IMG/VR virus record: IMGVR_UViG_3300033076_001139
Span: 32,001 to 96,000 of that record
DNA from: a virus
Lineage: Duplodnaviria; Caudoviricetes
Length of the DNA stretch: 64,000 nucleotides
Strand: one strand, 5' to 3'
Below the pieces are notes generated by a model that was given only the letters and a program-made list of their open reading frames with translations, searched no databases and had not been told where the DNA came from. Positions 34,716 through 44,214 of the stretch are shown here, in pieces. A program made the position numbers and the translations under genes. Positions within the stretch are counted from its first letter, which is position 1. Each line of letters begins with the position of its first letter.

Positions 34716-36065
34716 TCATAGGCGCGGGTTCACACACTCCGACACGTGCTTGTCTGTCCGCACGCAGAGGAAGCGTGGGAACCGCAGAGCATTGGTGTCT
34801 CCGCCCTCGGAGATGTACGTTCGGGAGTCGTACTCTACCACGAACACCGCAGGGTAGATGTCCTCGTTACTGAGGGCGCGCAGGTCTGCCTCAGTAAAGC
34901 CGTTACCAACTTCGCTGATGGGCACGAGCGTTCCGTTGTTGTCCAGTTGGTAGAGCTGAACGCTACCGACCAGCTTCTGGTACTTGCCCGTCCCGTAGCT
35001 GCCCTCTCCCTGCCCTGGATGCCAGACGGCGATGAAGTCGTCGCTGAACGTCGGCTTCAGCTTGCCACAAGCCGTACCTGGACGATCCACCTTGCCGCGC
35101 AGGTTGAAGGCCTTGTCGCCGTAAACCCCGTTCGGGTCTACAACGACAAACCCCTCCCACCCGTTCTCGTACGCAGTAGCCGCAACGCAGTTCCAAACAC
35201 GGCCTTTTGTTGCGTTGTACGTGGGAGACTCCTTGGGATCCTCGCACTCAAGGAAGTCGCCCGACGCAAGAACCTCAACCGGCAGGAGAGCGTTGCTGTC
35301 TAGGTTCACCAGCTCAAAGATCAGGTCGTACCGGTCTCTCACTGGACGCGTGCGGCACATGGGCTCTCCGCCAAAGAACGCAATGTCCCAGACATAGAAC
35401 TGGAGAAAGCCCTGCTCTTGCTGAAGGGCCAAGGACTTCTCAGAGAGGGACTTCACGACGCGCGAGACGTACTTGAAGTCATCCTTCTCGGAAGGCGGAA
35501 CCATCTCGCCAAGAAGGATAGTGCGCGGCGGGAGATCCATGTTGGCGATCTCCGCTGCCACTCCAGGGTACCGAACTTCCCAAGGGACGCCCGGTTCCTT
35601 GTCGTGACAACGGAGCATCGTGCGCGAGTAGGCCTGTACCTGCCCCTCGTCGTTCACGACCCAAACCATCATGTCTCCGTCGCGCTTGCGCGCTAGGAAG
35701 GCATCGCCCTTCTCAAGCAGCTTCTCCAGCTTTGCCGACAGGTCGTTGTCCGGTTTGTAGAATCGCAGGGACTCGGGGAGGATGTCCCACGTGAACTCCT
35801 CAGCCCGCTGCGCGGACGGAGGCAGGTAGCCTTCCCGCGTTTTCAGTTCGATCTGCCGTTCGACCATGTCCTGCGCCACCAGCTCGGGAGAGCGGTAGTT
35901 GGACTTGCCCACGTTGACGGCAATTGCCGTGTCCACGACGCGCTGGAACTTACCGCCCAGTTCTCCAAACTCGGTGATTACCTGATCACCGTCTGCGCCA
36001 ATCCGCCAGACGCGCACCTTGCCTGTGCGCGAAATGTTATGCAGTTCCGTCATCGGAGGGTTCAT
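34716..36065 (-). CDS. ATP-dependent DNA ligase with WGR-like N-terminal domain
   Basis: KRDG (motif I), LLGEM, YVWDI, EGFVV, KLKP, LRFPRFL. Confidence 0.92.
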   Translation of the reverse strand: MNPPMTELHNISRTGKVRVWRIGADGDQVITEFGELGGKFQRVVDTAIAVNVGKSNYRSPELVAQDMVERQIELKTREGYLPPSAQRAEEFTWDILPESLRFYKPDNDLSAKLEKLLEKGDAFLARKRDGDMMVWVVNDEGQVQAYSRTMLRCHDKEPGVPWEVRYPGVAAEIANMDLPPRTILLGEMVPPSEKDDFKYVSRVVKSLSEKSLALQQEQGFLQFYVWDIAFFGGEPMCRTRPVRDRYDLIFELVNLDSNALLPVEVLASGDFLECEDPKESPTYNATKGRVWNCVAATAYENGWEGFVVVDPNGVYGDKAFNLRGKVDRPGTACGKLKPTFSDDFIAVWHPGQGEGSYGTGKYQKLVGSVQLYQLDNNGTLVPISEVGNGFTEADLRALSNEDIYPAVFVVEYDSRTYISEGGDTNALRFPRFLCVRTDKHVSECVNPRL

Positions 36066-36276
36066 GCTGATTATCCGTGGTGTTGATGGTGCGCACAAAA
36101 ACAGTCTTCAGAAGGACATTGAGCAGGAGATCGAGGCCTTCGACGCCGCGTTTACGAAGCTTGGAAACGCGCCGTTGGTTCGATCAGAAAAGGCCTTGAT
36201 CCGGACTTTCCTGGTTGCCCGGCTGACAGGGCGCGTATCTTCTCCCCAAGAGGATTCGAAAACATCCGGTCAATGA
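36064..36276 (+). CDS. small hypothetical protein
   Basis: amphipathic helices; back-to-back with the ligase. Confidence 0.5.
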   Translation: MLIIRGVDGAHKNSLQKDIEQEIEAFDAAFTKLGNAPLVRSEKALIRTFLVARLTGRVSSPQEDSKTSGQ

Positions 36277-36646
36277 GGCTGGGCGTGTCCGGAGGCATGT
36301 CCCACTTCTCTGGGCTGAGGACGACGATGGGGAGCGGAAGATTAGGGAAGTTTTCTGGATTGTCCTCATAACCCAGCATTTCTTCCTTGAGTCCACGCAG
36401 CGCCTTTCCTTCCTCGTTTACGTGCCACGCTAGGGCAGTGACGATGTAGCCCTCTCGCTTGCTCTTGAAGCGGAAACAAAGGGCACGGATTTCGTCACCG
36501 TCTACTTCAACGTCTGCAAAACAGAAGTAGCCACGGTGGCCCTGCGTCGAGGGTCCGTAGCCGCAACGCCCGCACTGGTAGACACCAGGGGCGATCTGTG
36601 CCGTGTCGTAACGGCAGATAGGGCAGAAGAGAACGAGCTTATCCAT
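36152..36646 (-). CDS. zinc-ribbon protein
   Basis: CPIC...CGRC; GGAGG RBS; class-A promoter 36662-36689. Confidence 0.75.
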   Translation of the reverse strand: MDKLVLFCPICRYDTAQIAPGVYQCGRCGYGPSTQGHRGYFCFADVEVDGDEIRALCFRFKSKREGYIVTALAWHVNEEGKALRGLKEEMLGYEDNPENFPNLPLPIVVLSPEKWDMPPDTPSLIDRMFSNPLGEKIRALSAGQPGKSGSRPFLIEPTARFQAS

Positions 36647-36718
36647 CTGAGCCTCCGCACTCTTATGGCTAATAAAGAACAAGTCTTTGCGCGCAAGGCG
36701 CAAGACAGCGCCCGAGCC

Positions 36719-37228
36719 TTACAGCCCGAGCACCGCCTTGCGCCTATCCGTCCACTGCATGATCCTCCGCAGGACAAGCGCATACTCGCGCTTGTCCTCC
36801 TTGTTCAGGAGGGCCTGGAGAATTCTCTCCTCGCCCTCCGTGAGGATTGCGGGCTGCTCCTTGGGGAGCGGAAATGCCTCCTCGGTCCGAAGGCGGGAGG
36901 CGGGGCCTACGGGGGCCCCAGCCTTCCCACCCATCTGGGCGATCGTTAGTGGCCAGTCAACGGCGTCAAGCACGCCGTTGACAAACTCGTCCTCCTCCTC
37001 TGTGGCGGGAGTTGTGAGGATGCCGATGATTAGCGCCGCGTCGCGGCGTAGTTTCTCGGAAGCCTCCTCCTTGCGGAGGTGCTGCCGGCAGGCCTCCAGG
37101 CCCGGAGTGACGGCCGCCGCTGCGGCGCGAGGGGCGACAACCCCCGACATGAAGGCCGTGGGGATGGCAGCGCACAGGCTGCCAAAGATAGCAAGGCTGA
37201 TCGGGTCCATGAGATACTCCTTTCTCAT
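36719..37228 (-). CDS. membrane-anchored hypothetical protein
   Basis: class-A promoter 37233-37260; AAGGAG before ATG 37210 (probable true start). Confidence 0.75.
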   Translation of the reverse strand: MRKEYLMDPISLAIFGSLCAAIPTAFMSGVVAPRAAAAAVTPGLEACRQHLRKEEASEKLRRDAALIIGILTTPATEEEDEFVNGVLDAVDWPLTIAQMGGKAGAPVGPASRLRTEEAFPLPKEQPAILTEGEERILQALLNKEDKREYALVLRRIMQWTDRRKAVLGL

Positions 37229-37282
37229 GTATCTTATGACCGATTTTGCCCTTCCTTTTAGACTCTGCTATGGTGGGTGCGC

Positions 37283-40200
37283 ATGATCACGTCCCAAGAA
37301 ATCAACGCGATGATCTCCATGCAGCAGCAACAAGCGGGCTACATGGGGGGCGTCCCCATGGCTGTCCCGATGTCTGGGGCGTCACAATACCCGCCGCAGT
37401 TTAATTATGCCCCACGCCCAATGGGTGCCGCGCAGCTAGGACAGGCCGCAGCGGGCGGCCTTATGAATTCTTTTGGACCAACTGCCGGCGGCATGACCAA
37501 CATGGCCATGAACATCGGCATGGCTGCCGGTGTCGGTGGATGGGCAGCCAATAAAATGGGATTTGCGGGTGCAGGAAACGCGCTAGGTTCCTTGGCGGGT
37601 AATCGATTCCTGACAGGAGTGAGTAACCTAAATCCCATGAACGCAGCGTTCAGTGGGGCGTGGGGCGCAGGAGAGGCAGCAGTTGCTAGTGGTGGCTGGG
37701 GAAGTCTCCTTACTGGGGCAGGTGCCCGGTCTATCGCATTAGGCGCAGCCGAGGGAATTTTAGCCAGTCCGGCCGCTATGATTGGTATTGCAGCAGCACC
37801 AATTGCCATAGGGATGCACCGAGGAGCGCAGCAGTACAGCCAGACCGCCTCGATGCTGGGTGCGTACAATCAGTTTGCAAATCCGTTTGCATCGACAGGG
37901 CGTGGGTTCTCCGAGAACCAGATGTCCTCGATTGTCTCGGGAATGCGCGCGTTACAGGCAAACGACCCGTTCTTGTCTATGCGAGACATGCAGCAGGCAA
38001 TGTCCCGTTTTAACGAAATGGGCATGAATCAGGGGGAACGTGACGCAGAGCAGGTGATGAAGAAATTCACCGCCATGACCAAGAGCATGCAGGCCATGTC
38101 CAAGATGATGGGCACGACCATGGATGAGGCGTCTAAGGTATTTGCCCAGATGCGCGGAGTTGGGTTCTACAGCGGCGCAGACGTCATGCAGAACACCCTG
38201 CTGGGCGGTACGATGCGCGGCCAGGGTATCTCAGGGAATACCATGCTTGGGGCGCAGGCCGCAGGCGGCGGAATTTCGCGTGCAGGAGGTCTCGGTACTA
38301 CGCCAGGAGCCAAGTCCGTTGGTGGGGTCATGGCGATGCTCACCGGAGGTAGGGGAGTTGGTGCCCTGACAAATGAAGAGATGATGAACATCACCGGAGC
38401 TGCTACCCCGGATCAGGCTATCGCACAGCTCAGTACCACGATGGCTGGTAGCCTTACGGGGTTCTACACGCAGACGGGAGTTGGGCAGGCAATGCTCGCT
38501 GCCCTCGGGGAGACCAACGCGCGCGGAGAGTTTACAGGTGGGCTAGACAGCGAGGCGATAGAGGGGCTTCGTACCGGCCGTATCGATATCAACAATCTTG
38601 TGTCTAAGGGACGCGGTAAGGTCTCGACTCGTAATGCCGCCCTTTCCTTCAAGACGCGCGGGCAGGACGTGGCTGGTGCCCTGATCTCGGAGGGAGATCC
38701 CACGGCCGCAATTGGTGCAATTATGCAGAGCGTGGCCGGTGACAAGTTCAGGGACATGGACCCCGAGAACCTCGTCACGCTTCTCACCGAACGTATTCAG
38801 GGTCTAGGCCGCAAAGAGGCCGAGGCCATGACGAAGCTCTACCGAGAAGGGGAGAAGATCCGGCGCGAGTCCCAGCAGCAAATACGTGCCGAAATGCAAG
38901 CAGGTATATTCTCTACTGACATCAGGGAGTACCACTCTCTTGAGGGGTACAAACGTAGAGTGCTCGGCGGGCTTTCTGATCGCTTCACCCCTATATTAGA
39001 GGCCGGACAAGCCCTATCTGTGATGGGCGGCCGGATGACAGAGCGGGCTTCGGATGCCATCTTCGGAGTCACACGCGTGCGCACCGGAAATGACGTTGTG
39101 GACGCTAGACTAGAGAGACTGTCCGAGGGCAGGTTTGACGAAAGCGCAACCGGGGCCGTGGACAAGGGAATGGCCGATACCACGCTTAGTGGTTTGCTGC
39201 GGAGAAGGGACTACGTAGGCGCAACCGCAGAATTTAATAAGACAGACTCACGAGTCCGCGCAGGGAAAAACCTCAATGACCTGTTTGGGAGTCCAGACGC
39301 GGCCGGGAGACAGGTAGTTGCCGGGTCTCTGGGAATGAAGCTTATCAATTATAGTTCTGATATCCGCGCCGGTAAGAGTGCTGCGGACATTGTCCGGGGA
39401 ATGCGGCTAGAAGTTCCAGAGGCAGGAGGTATTGACCAGCTGCTCGGCAGTACAGATACGCTTTCTATTGAGGAGTACCTAGCCGGCGGCGCCGATACCC
39501 TTGGGGGTACCTCGGCGGAGCGACGACAAGCACTAGTAGACGAAGCTATGAGCCTTGGGCGCCCAGAGGTGGCCGCTCTTATTGCCGACATGGGAGTAGG
39601 CAACACAAGGTCGCTGGAGCAAATTAAGTCCTCAGGTACGGATATCCTCAATAAATATGGGTACGTAAACTCGTATACCGCTCGTTCCGGCTACGACAAA
39701 TTGATGGAGTCCGAGAGCCTCGGTGCCGCAGGACGCCTGGGCAAGGCAGGCGTAGACCTAAGTTCCTTCTACAAGATGACGCAGGAAGCTTATGGCGGTG
39801 CCGGCGTAACAAACCAGAGTCAGGGTTACGGCCGTCTGTTGGACGCACTCAGGGCCAAGGGCGTTGATGTGGCGGGTATGACAAAGACCCAACTAGACGC
39901 GCTCATGGAGGTAGCACAGGATACCGGTGCTGGACTCGGGGAAAGCCTAACTGCCGCAGACCTAATGTCGCTGGGCGAGGGGGCAAGTGCCGCGCAGTCT
40001 CAGATGGATCTGGCAAATCTGACCGCAATGGCAACCGCAGCGTCAGAAAGTGCGTACGAAGGCATATCAAACGCGGCCGGAGCAGACGAACTGGCGGCCC
40101 TTGCGGGTTCTAGTACGGAGACTGACGTAGCCAAGAACACGTCGGCCCTGCTTGATACGCTAGAGAAGGCTATTGGGTCCGGCGACCTTACGCTGGGTGA

Positions 40201-40612
40201 CATAGGAAAAGAAGGGTCACGCTACGGTGCCTTCGGAAAGACATTAGCCCAGCTTTTACAGACTCGAAAGTCTATAGCCGCTGTCGGAGCTGGGGAGGTA
40301 TCCGATGCGGATAGAAAGGCATTGCTCGGTATGGGGTTCAGCGAGAAGTACATCAGCAGCCTCGGTACCGACATAGATGGCGGGGAACTCGTAAAGCTAC
40401 AAACAGGTGCAGAGCAGCGGAGGCTCGCGGAGCTTACCGGCGGGGGCACAGCGGGAGCATTTACCGACACAACGCAGGCAGAGGCAGTCAAGTACTACGA
40501 CAGCCTTGCAAAGAGCGTCGTTGTTGTAAATGACCAAGTCCTGCGGATGCAGGACCGCGAACAGGCCTACCAAGCGCAGCGCGCAGCCGCACCCCTCAAG
40601 CCGGAGGAATAA
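37283..40612 (+). CDS. tail tape measure protein
   Basis: about 1110 aa, Ala/Gly/Met-rich helical, upstream of hub genes. Confidence 0.8.
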   Translation: MITSQEINAMISMQQQQAGYMGGVPMAVPMSGASQYPPQFNYAPRPMGAAQLGQAAAGGLMNSFGPTAGGMTNMAMNIGMAAGVGGWAANKMGFAGAGNALGSLAGNRFLTGVSNLNPMNAAFSGAWGAGEAAVASGGWGSLLTGAGARSIALGAAEGILASPAAMIGIAAAPIAIGMHRGAQQYSQTASMLGAYNQFANPFASTGRGFSENQMSSIVSGMRALQANDPFLSMRDMQQAMSRFNEMGMNQGERDAEQVMKKFTAMTKSMQAMSKMMGTTMDEASKVFAQMRGVGFYSGADVMQNTLLGGTMRGQGISGNTMLGAQAAGGGISRAGGLGTTPGAKSVGGVMAMLTGGRGVGALTNEEMMNITGAATPDQAIAQLSTTMAGSLTGFYTQTGVGQAMLAALGETNARGEFTGGLDSEAIEGLRTGRIDINNLVSKGRGKVSTRNAALSFKTRGQDVAGALISEGDPTAAIGAIMQSVAGDKFRDMDPENLVTLLTERIQGLGRKEAEAMTKLYREGEKIRRESQQQIRAEMQAGIFSTDIREYHSLEGYKRRVLGGLSDRFTPILEAGQALSVMGGRMTERASDAIFGVTRVRTGNDVVDARLERLSEGRFDESATGAVDKGMADTTLSGLLRRRDYVGATAEFNKTDSRVRAGKNLNDLFGSPDAAGRQVVAGSLGMKLINYSSDIRAGKSAADIVRGMRLEVPEAGGIDQLLGSTDTLSIEEYLAGGADTLGGTSAERRQALVDEAMSLGRPEVAALIADMGVGNTRSLEQIKSSGTDILNKYGYVNSYTARSGYDKLMESESLGAAGRLGKAGVDLSSFYKMTQEAYGGAGVTNQSQGYGRLLDALRAKGVDVAGMTKTQLDALMEVAQDTGAGLGESLTAADLMSLGEGASAAQSQMDLANLTAMATAASESAYEGISNAAGADELAALAGSSTETDVAKNTSALLDTLEKAIGSGDLTLGDIGKEGSRYGAFGKTLAQLLQTRKSIAAVGAGEVSDADRKALLGMGFSEKYISSLGTDIDGGELVKLQTGAEQRRLAELTGGGTAGAFTDTTQAEAVKYYDSLAKSVVVVNDQVLRMQDREQAYQAQRAAAPLKPEE

Positions 40613-40615
40613 TCT

Positions 40616-40816
40616 ATGAGGTCCCGCGTAGTTTCTGAGGAGGTCACGAACGTAACGGGTGTACGCGTGACTACCGCCGTAGTTACGTACCCAACGGCAG
40701 AAGACGTACTGGGTGTGTTGTCCAGAGCCGTAGCCCGCGAAAAACAAACAGCGCAGTATGCGTACGTATCCCCCTCAAAAGGCGTACGGGACTCTATATT
40801 TAGATTTTCCGAATAG
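40616..40816 (+). CDS. small hypothetical protein
   Basis: GGAGG RBS. Confidence 0.5.
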   Translation: MRSRVVSEEVTNVTGVRVTTAVVTYPTAEDVLGVLSRAVAREKQTAQYAYVSPSKGVRDSIFRFSE

Positions 40817-40825
40817 GAGGCGTGT

Positions 40826-42541
40826 ATGGCTGAGCCAGTTCCCGCAAGTCCGGCTGCGCCTGCCATGGTAGCTACCTGGCCGGAGGTTCTTCCGGGTAGT
40901 TCCGAGAATCTACCGCACTACGAGGCCGCAGAGCCGGTGCGTCGTCCTGTGCGCGGTATCCAGCTCAAGGGCGAGACCTTTGCGCGCATCTCGTTGCCGG
41001 GTCGGTCACTTTACGATTCTTCGGGCCAGCCCCTTGCAGGCCCGGAGGGCGCACAGCGTACTACTGCGGACGGAAAAACCCCTCCCGCAGATAAGTGGCA
41101 GGGTATGTCACATAAGTACGCCAACTTTCTACTCCAGAGTGTCGCAATTGACATGGAGGAGAAGTTCCAACCTGTTCCCACATTTGGCCTGACTTACGGC
41201 TTCTTCTTTGGGGAGCGACCCCATATCTACTCTTTCAACGCGGTACTGGTAGACAGTGGAGACTTCCGTTGGGTCAGCGACTGGCTTGGAAACTACGAAG
41301 ATAAGCTGCGTGGCACTAAACTGGCAATGGCAAATACGCCCGTTACTGTGGAGTTTGAGGACCACAAAATCGAGGGGTACATTATCCGCTCGGTACTAAA
41401 TAAGGATGCCTCCACACCTCTCTACATGCAGTTATCCTTTAGCCTCTGGGTAATACGCCACGAAACCCCGGAGCACGAGGCAGGAGATACGCGTTTCCCT
41501 TATAGTGCTGGCGGTACGCCGGTAGTTCACCGTCTTCCTTTCAGTACGACTGATGCGGTGCGTAGGGCCAACATTGACCTACTCAAGAAGTCACAGAACC
41601 CGGGATGGCTACGCAAGATCATTAATCAGGTATCCGAGCTAAAGAATAAATACGACAGCGTTGTCCAAGGGGTTGAGAACTTCCTGTACAATCGCAATAT
41701 TGTTCCGGCTAACCAATATGTCAACGCAGCTACAATAGCGGCGGAGCAAGGCACGTTAGCAGCAATTCTGGCAGGACAGAGCTACACTGTCACGTTCAAG
41801 AAGCCGCCTTACTACGCACACGAGCAGGGAGGATTTATCTTCCAGAACCGCGACGAGTACATGCTGGGCGGTTGGATTGACGCCTTAGAATCGTATGGTT
41901 CAGCTGACCCGACGAAACTAAAACTTGCAGACGGTAGGTCTGTAACCGCTGCGGCGCTTGTCGCTGAAGCAGAGGCCGCCTGGGCGGCGCAGGTAGAGAA
42001 GCAGCCGGTAACCCTGAGTTCTGAGTCCCTCCTTGAGAAAATTGGTAGGACGGTGCTTTCCCGTGCCGCCCTCTACGCAACTCAAGTACTGCTTCAAGAG
42101 GACGGAATTGTAGCAATCACGAGTGGTAGCGTAGAAGGGACCATGCTTGGGCAGTCGGACAAGCTTCAGTTCACGAAGGACATACTGCTCCCCTCCCTGC
42201 ACACCCTTGAAACCATCGCAGTAGACGCAGTGGGCGCGCGCACCCTGACAGACCGACTTCGTACGCAGGCGCAGAGCAGGGAACAGCTAGAGCGACAGAA
42301 CGCAGCTTCTCAAGCAGCCCGTATGGCCGCGTCCTCGGAGCTAAGCCGCACGTCCAGACTACAGGCCTTACAGAACGCGGCTAACGCCATCATCGGTACC
42401 ACGACTTCCTCGGCGGTCGCCGACGCCGCGTTACAAGAGCAGCTTACCGCAACACGGGCAGAAGAACGTAGACAGCAGCAGGACGCGGCTTCAGAAAGAG
42501 ACGCGCAGCGGCAGGCCTTGTTACGTGCCTTCGCATCATGA
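40826..42541 (+). CDS. putative tail tube initiator/baseplate protein
   Basis: NFLLQSV...EKFQ---TFG---FFFGERP-IY-F N-terminal domain; synteny. Confidence 0.6.
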   Translation: MAEPVPASPAAPAMVATWPEVLPGSSENLPHYEAAEPVRRPVRGIQLKGETFARISLPGRSLYDSSGQPLAGPEGAQRTTADGKTPPADKWQGMSHKYANFLLQSVAIDMEEKFQPVPTFGLTYGFFFGERPHIYSFNAVLVDSGDFRWVSDWLGNYEDKLRGTKLAMANTPVTVEFEDHKIEGYIIRSVLNKDASTPLYMQLSFSLWVIRHETPEHEAGDTRFPYSAGGTPVVHRLPFSTTDAVRRANIDLLKKSQNPGWLRKIINQVSELKNKYDSVVQGVENFLYNRNIVPANQYVNAATIAAEQGTLAAILAGQSYTVTFKKPPYYAHEQGGFIFQNRDEYMLGGWIDALESYGSADPTKLKLADGRSVTAAALVAEAEAAWAAQVEKQPVTLSSESLLEKIGRTVLSRAALYATQVLLQEDGIVAITSGSVEGTMLGQSDKLQFTKDILLPSLHTLETIAVDAVGARTLTDRLRTQAQSREQLERQNAASQAARMAASSELSRTSRLQALQNAANAIIGTTTSSAVADAALQEQLTATRAEERRQQQDAASERDAQRQALLRAFAS

Positions 42542-44214
42542 GTTCACGTACCCTCGGCGAAGCACAAGTTCTTGGACTCCGGCTCTTTCTAGAAGGGCTG
42601 GAAGTCCCCGTCATATCAGCGACGGTTGACATCAACGAGGGCGCAGCAGCGGTCGCACAGATCGAGATTGTCGGTCTTGACTCTGCAATGAAGTTCAAGC
42701 CTCGGACTATGGTTCACCTGTTCTTTTTTGACGGCGCAGACTACAAGTACGGACCACAAACCGTAAAGAAAACAACAGACGCTCGCAGAACGGACCCTTC
42801 GGACCCTTTTTCCCCGATGGTGCCGTCTAAGACGGAAACTACTCGCAGAACATTAGACGACCGGTACCGTCTGTTGTTCATGGGTGAGCTGTTCTCATAT
42901 ACCTATCAAAAGGCGGGAAGCGGGGCGAGATCCGTCATCCTGAACTGTATCGACTTCAGCAACTACTGGGACACCTCGTTTATCTTTCAGGTAACCGGAG
43001 AAGAGAGTCTTCTGGACGTCCCGCAGATCCAGCCGTTCATCACCGGATCTGACGCCTTCGCAAGCAATCTTGTGGAGGGAAACGTAGGCCTGCTGATTAC
43101 GCAGCTCAAGGCGCAGACACAACTCTCGCAATCGGTATTGCCGGGGGACGGCAGCGTACAATTCCTTTCCTCCCTAGTCGGCATACTAGAGATGCTCGGA
43201 GGTGTGTCAGTCCTCGATGACTCCAAGCCTCCGGACCCTAAAGACCCGAAAAGCACGTATACGCGTTATAGCGTCCACGGAGGCCTCACCCCGTGGCATA
43301 CGCTATCCGAGCGGCGGGTACGCTTGCTCGACCAAATCGCAACAGACGACGGAAAGACAGCCTCGAATATGTTCGAGCAAGAAAAGTTTGAGCAGTTCCT
43401 AAAGCGCCAGAGTGATTTGACCAGTTCTGTCCTCAGCTTTCGGGATATTCTCAACCTGTTGTTAGGACATATCTACTACGCTACTTTCCCAAACCCCTGC
43501 GGGCGTCTGTTGACCGGAGAGCCGTTTACGCCGAAACCTATGGACGCGGGACCTACAAGTAACTGGGCCGCACCTGCCTATGTGTTTCCGACCAACCTCT
43601 CTGTAGACCCTAGGTACTTGGCTCCAGGCCTTACAACCGCAGATGCGTTGCAAGCATCTAGGGAACTATATGCTACGTCTACCCCGGCTCAGGTAGCCCA
43701 AGAGCTATCCAAGAATTTCACGTTTGACGAGCTTACAAACTCCGGCAAGCACAAAAACCTTGTCGCACAAAACCGAGTAGAGGCACTACAGGTTTACAAC
43801 TTCCTGCGGGATCTTTGCCTCTACATCCTAGAGCCGCTCCTTGAGAAATTCCCCAAACTGTCTGTAACCTCAGGATTTAGGGGACCCGAACTTAACGCCG
43901 CAGTCGGGGGGTCCGACGGCTCTCAGCACAAACTAGGGCAGGCGGCAGACCTAGACTTCGGTAGCGCGCAGGCCAACTGGGAAGCGTACAAGTATCTAGC
44001 ATTCGCGCCCCATAGTATCCCTTTTGGGCAGGTTATTTTCGAGAAGCAAGGGGGGCGTCCTTGGGTGCACGTGAGCCTCGGACAGCCGTGGTTTCACCTG
44101 TCTAATGACGTGCGGAGAAGCGTACCTAACCCCAGCACAGGCAAACTCGACTGCCCGCCCGCTCCCCCAAGCTGGAACGCACAAACTCCCCTCCCGCCCG
44201 AGTATGCAGGATGA
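42538..44214 (+). CDS. baseplate hub N-terminal part fused to peptidase M15A
   Basis: LRLFLEG-EVPV hub-like start; VTSGFR-PELNAAVGG---SQH--GQAAD...WVHVS. Confidence 0.8.
   Translation: MSSRTLGEAQVLGLRLFLEGLEVPVISATVDINEGAAAVAQIEIVGLDSAMKFKPRTMVHLFFFDGADYKYGPQTVKKTTDARRTDPSDPFSPMVPSKTETTRRTLDDRYRLLFMGELFSYTYQKAGSGARSVILNCIDFSNYWDTSFIFQVTGEESLLDVPQIQPFITGSDAFASNLVEGNVGLLITQLKAQTQLSQSVLPGDGSVQFLSSLVGILEMLGGVSVLDDSKPPDPKDPKSTYTRYSVHGGLTPWHTLSERRVRLLDQIATDDGKTASNMFEQEKFEQFLKRQSDLTSSVLSFRDILNLLLGHIYYATFPNPCGRLLTGEPFTPKPMDAGPTSNWAAPAYVFPTNLSVDPRYLAPGLTTADALQASRELYATSTPAQVAQELSKNFTFDELTNSGKHKNLVAQNRVEALQVYNFLRDLCLYILEPLLEKFPKLSVTSGFRGPELNAAVGGSDGSQHKLGQAADLDFGSAQANWEAYKYLAFAPHSIPFGQVIFEKQGGRPWVHVSLGQPWFHLSNDVRRSVPNPSTGKLDCPPAPPSWNAQTPLPPEYAG

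Larger units (their letters stand above)
2507..37260 (-). promoter_or_regulatory. dispersed class-A promoter family YAAA-N16-GBCATAAG (about 22 copies)
   Basis: -10 elements start at plus-strand positions 2507, 4381, 5767, 6087, 8661, 9199, 9927, 10280, 11223, 12449, 13128, 15664, 16405, 19424, 19896, 20393, 23300, 25045, 25353, 25970, 36662, 37233. Confidence 0.85.
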
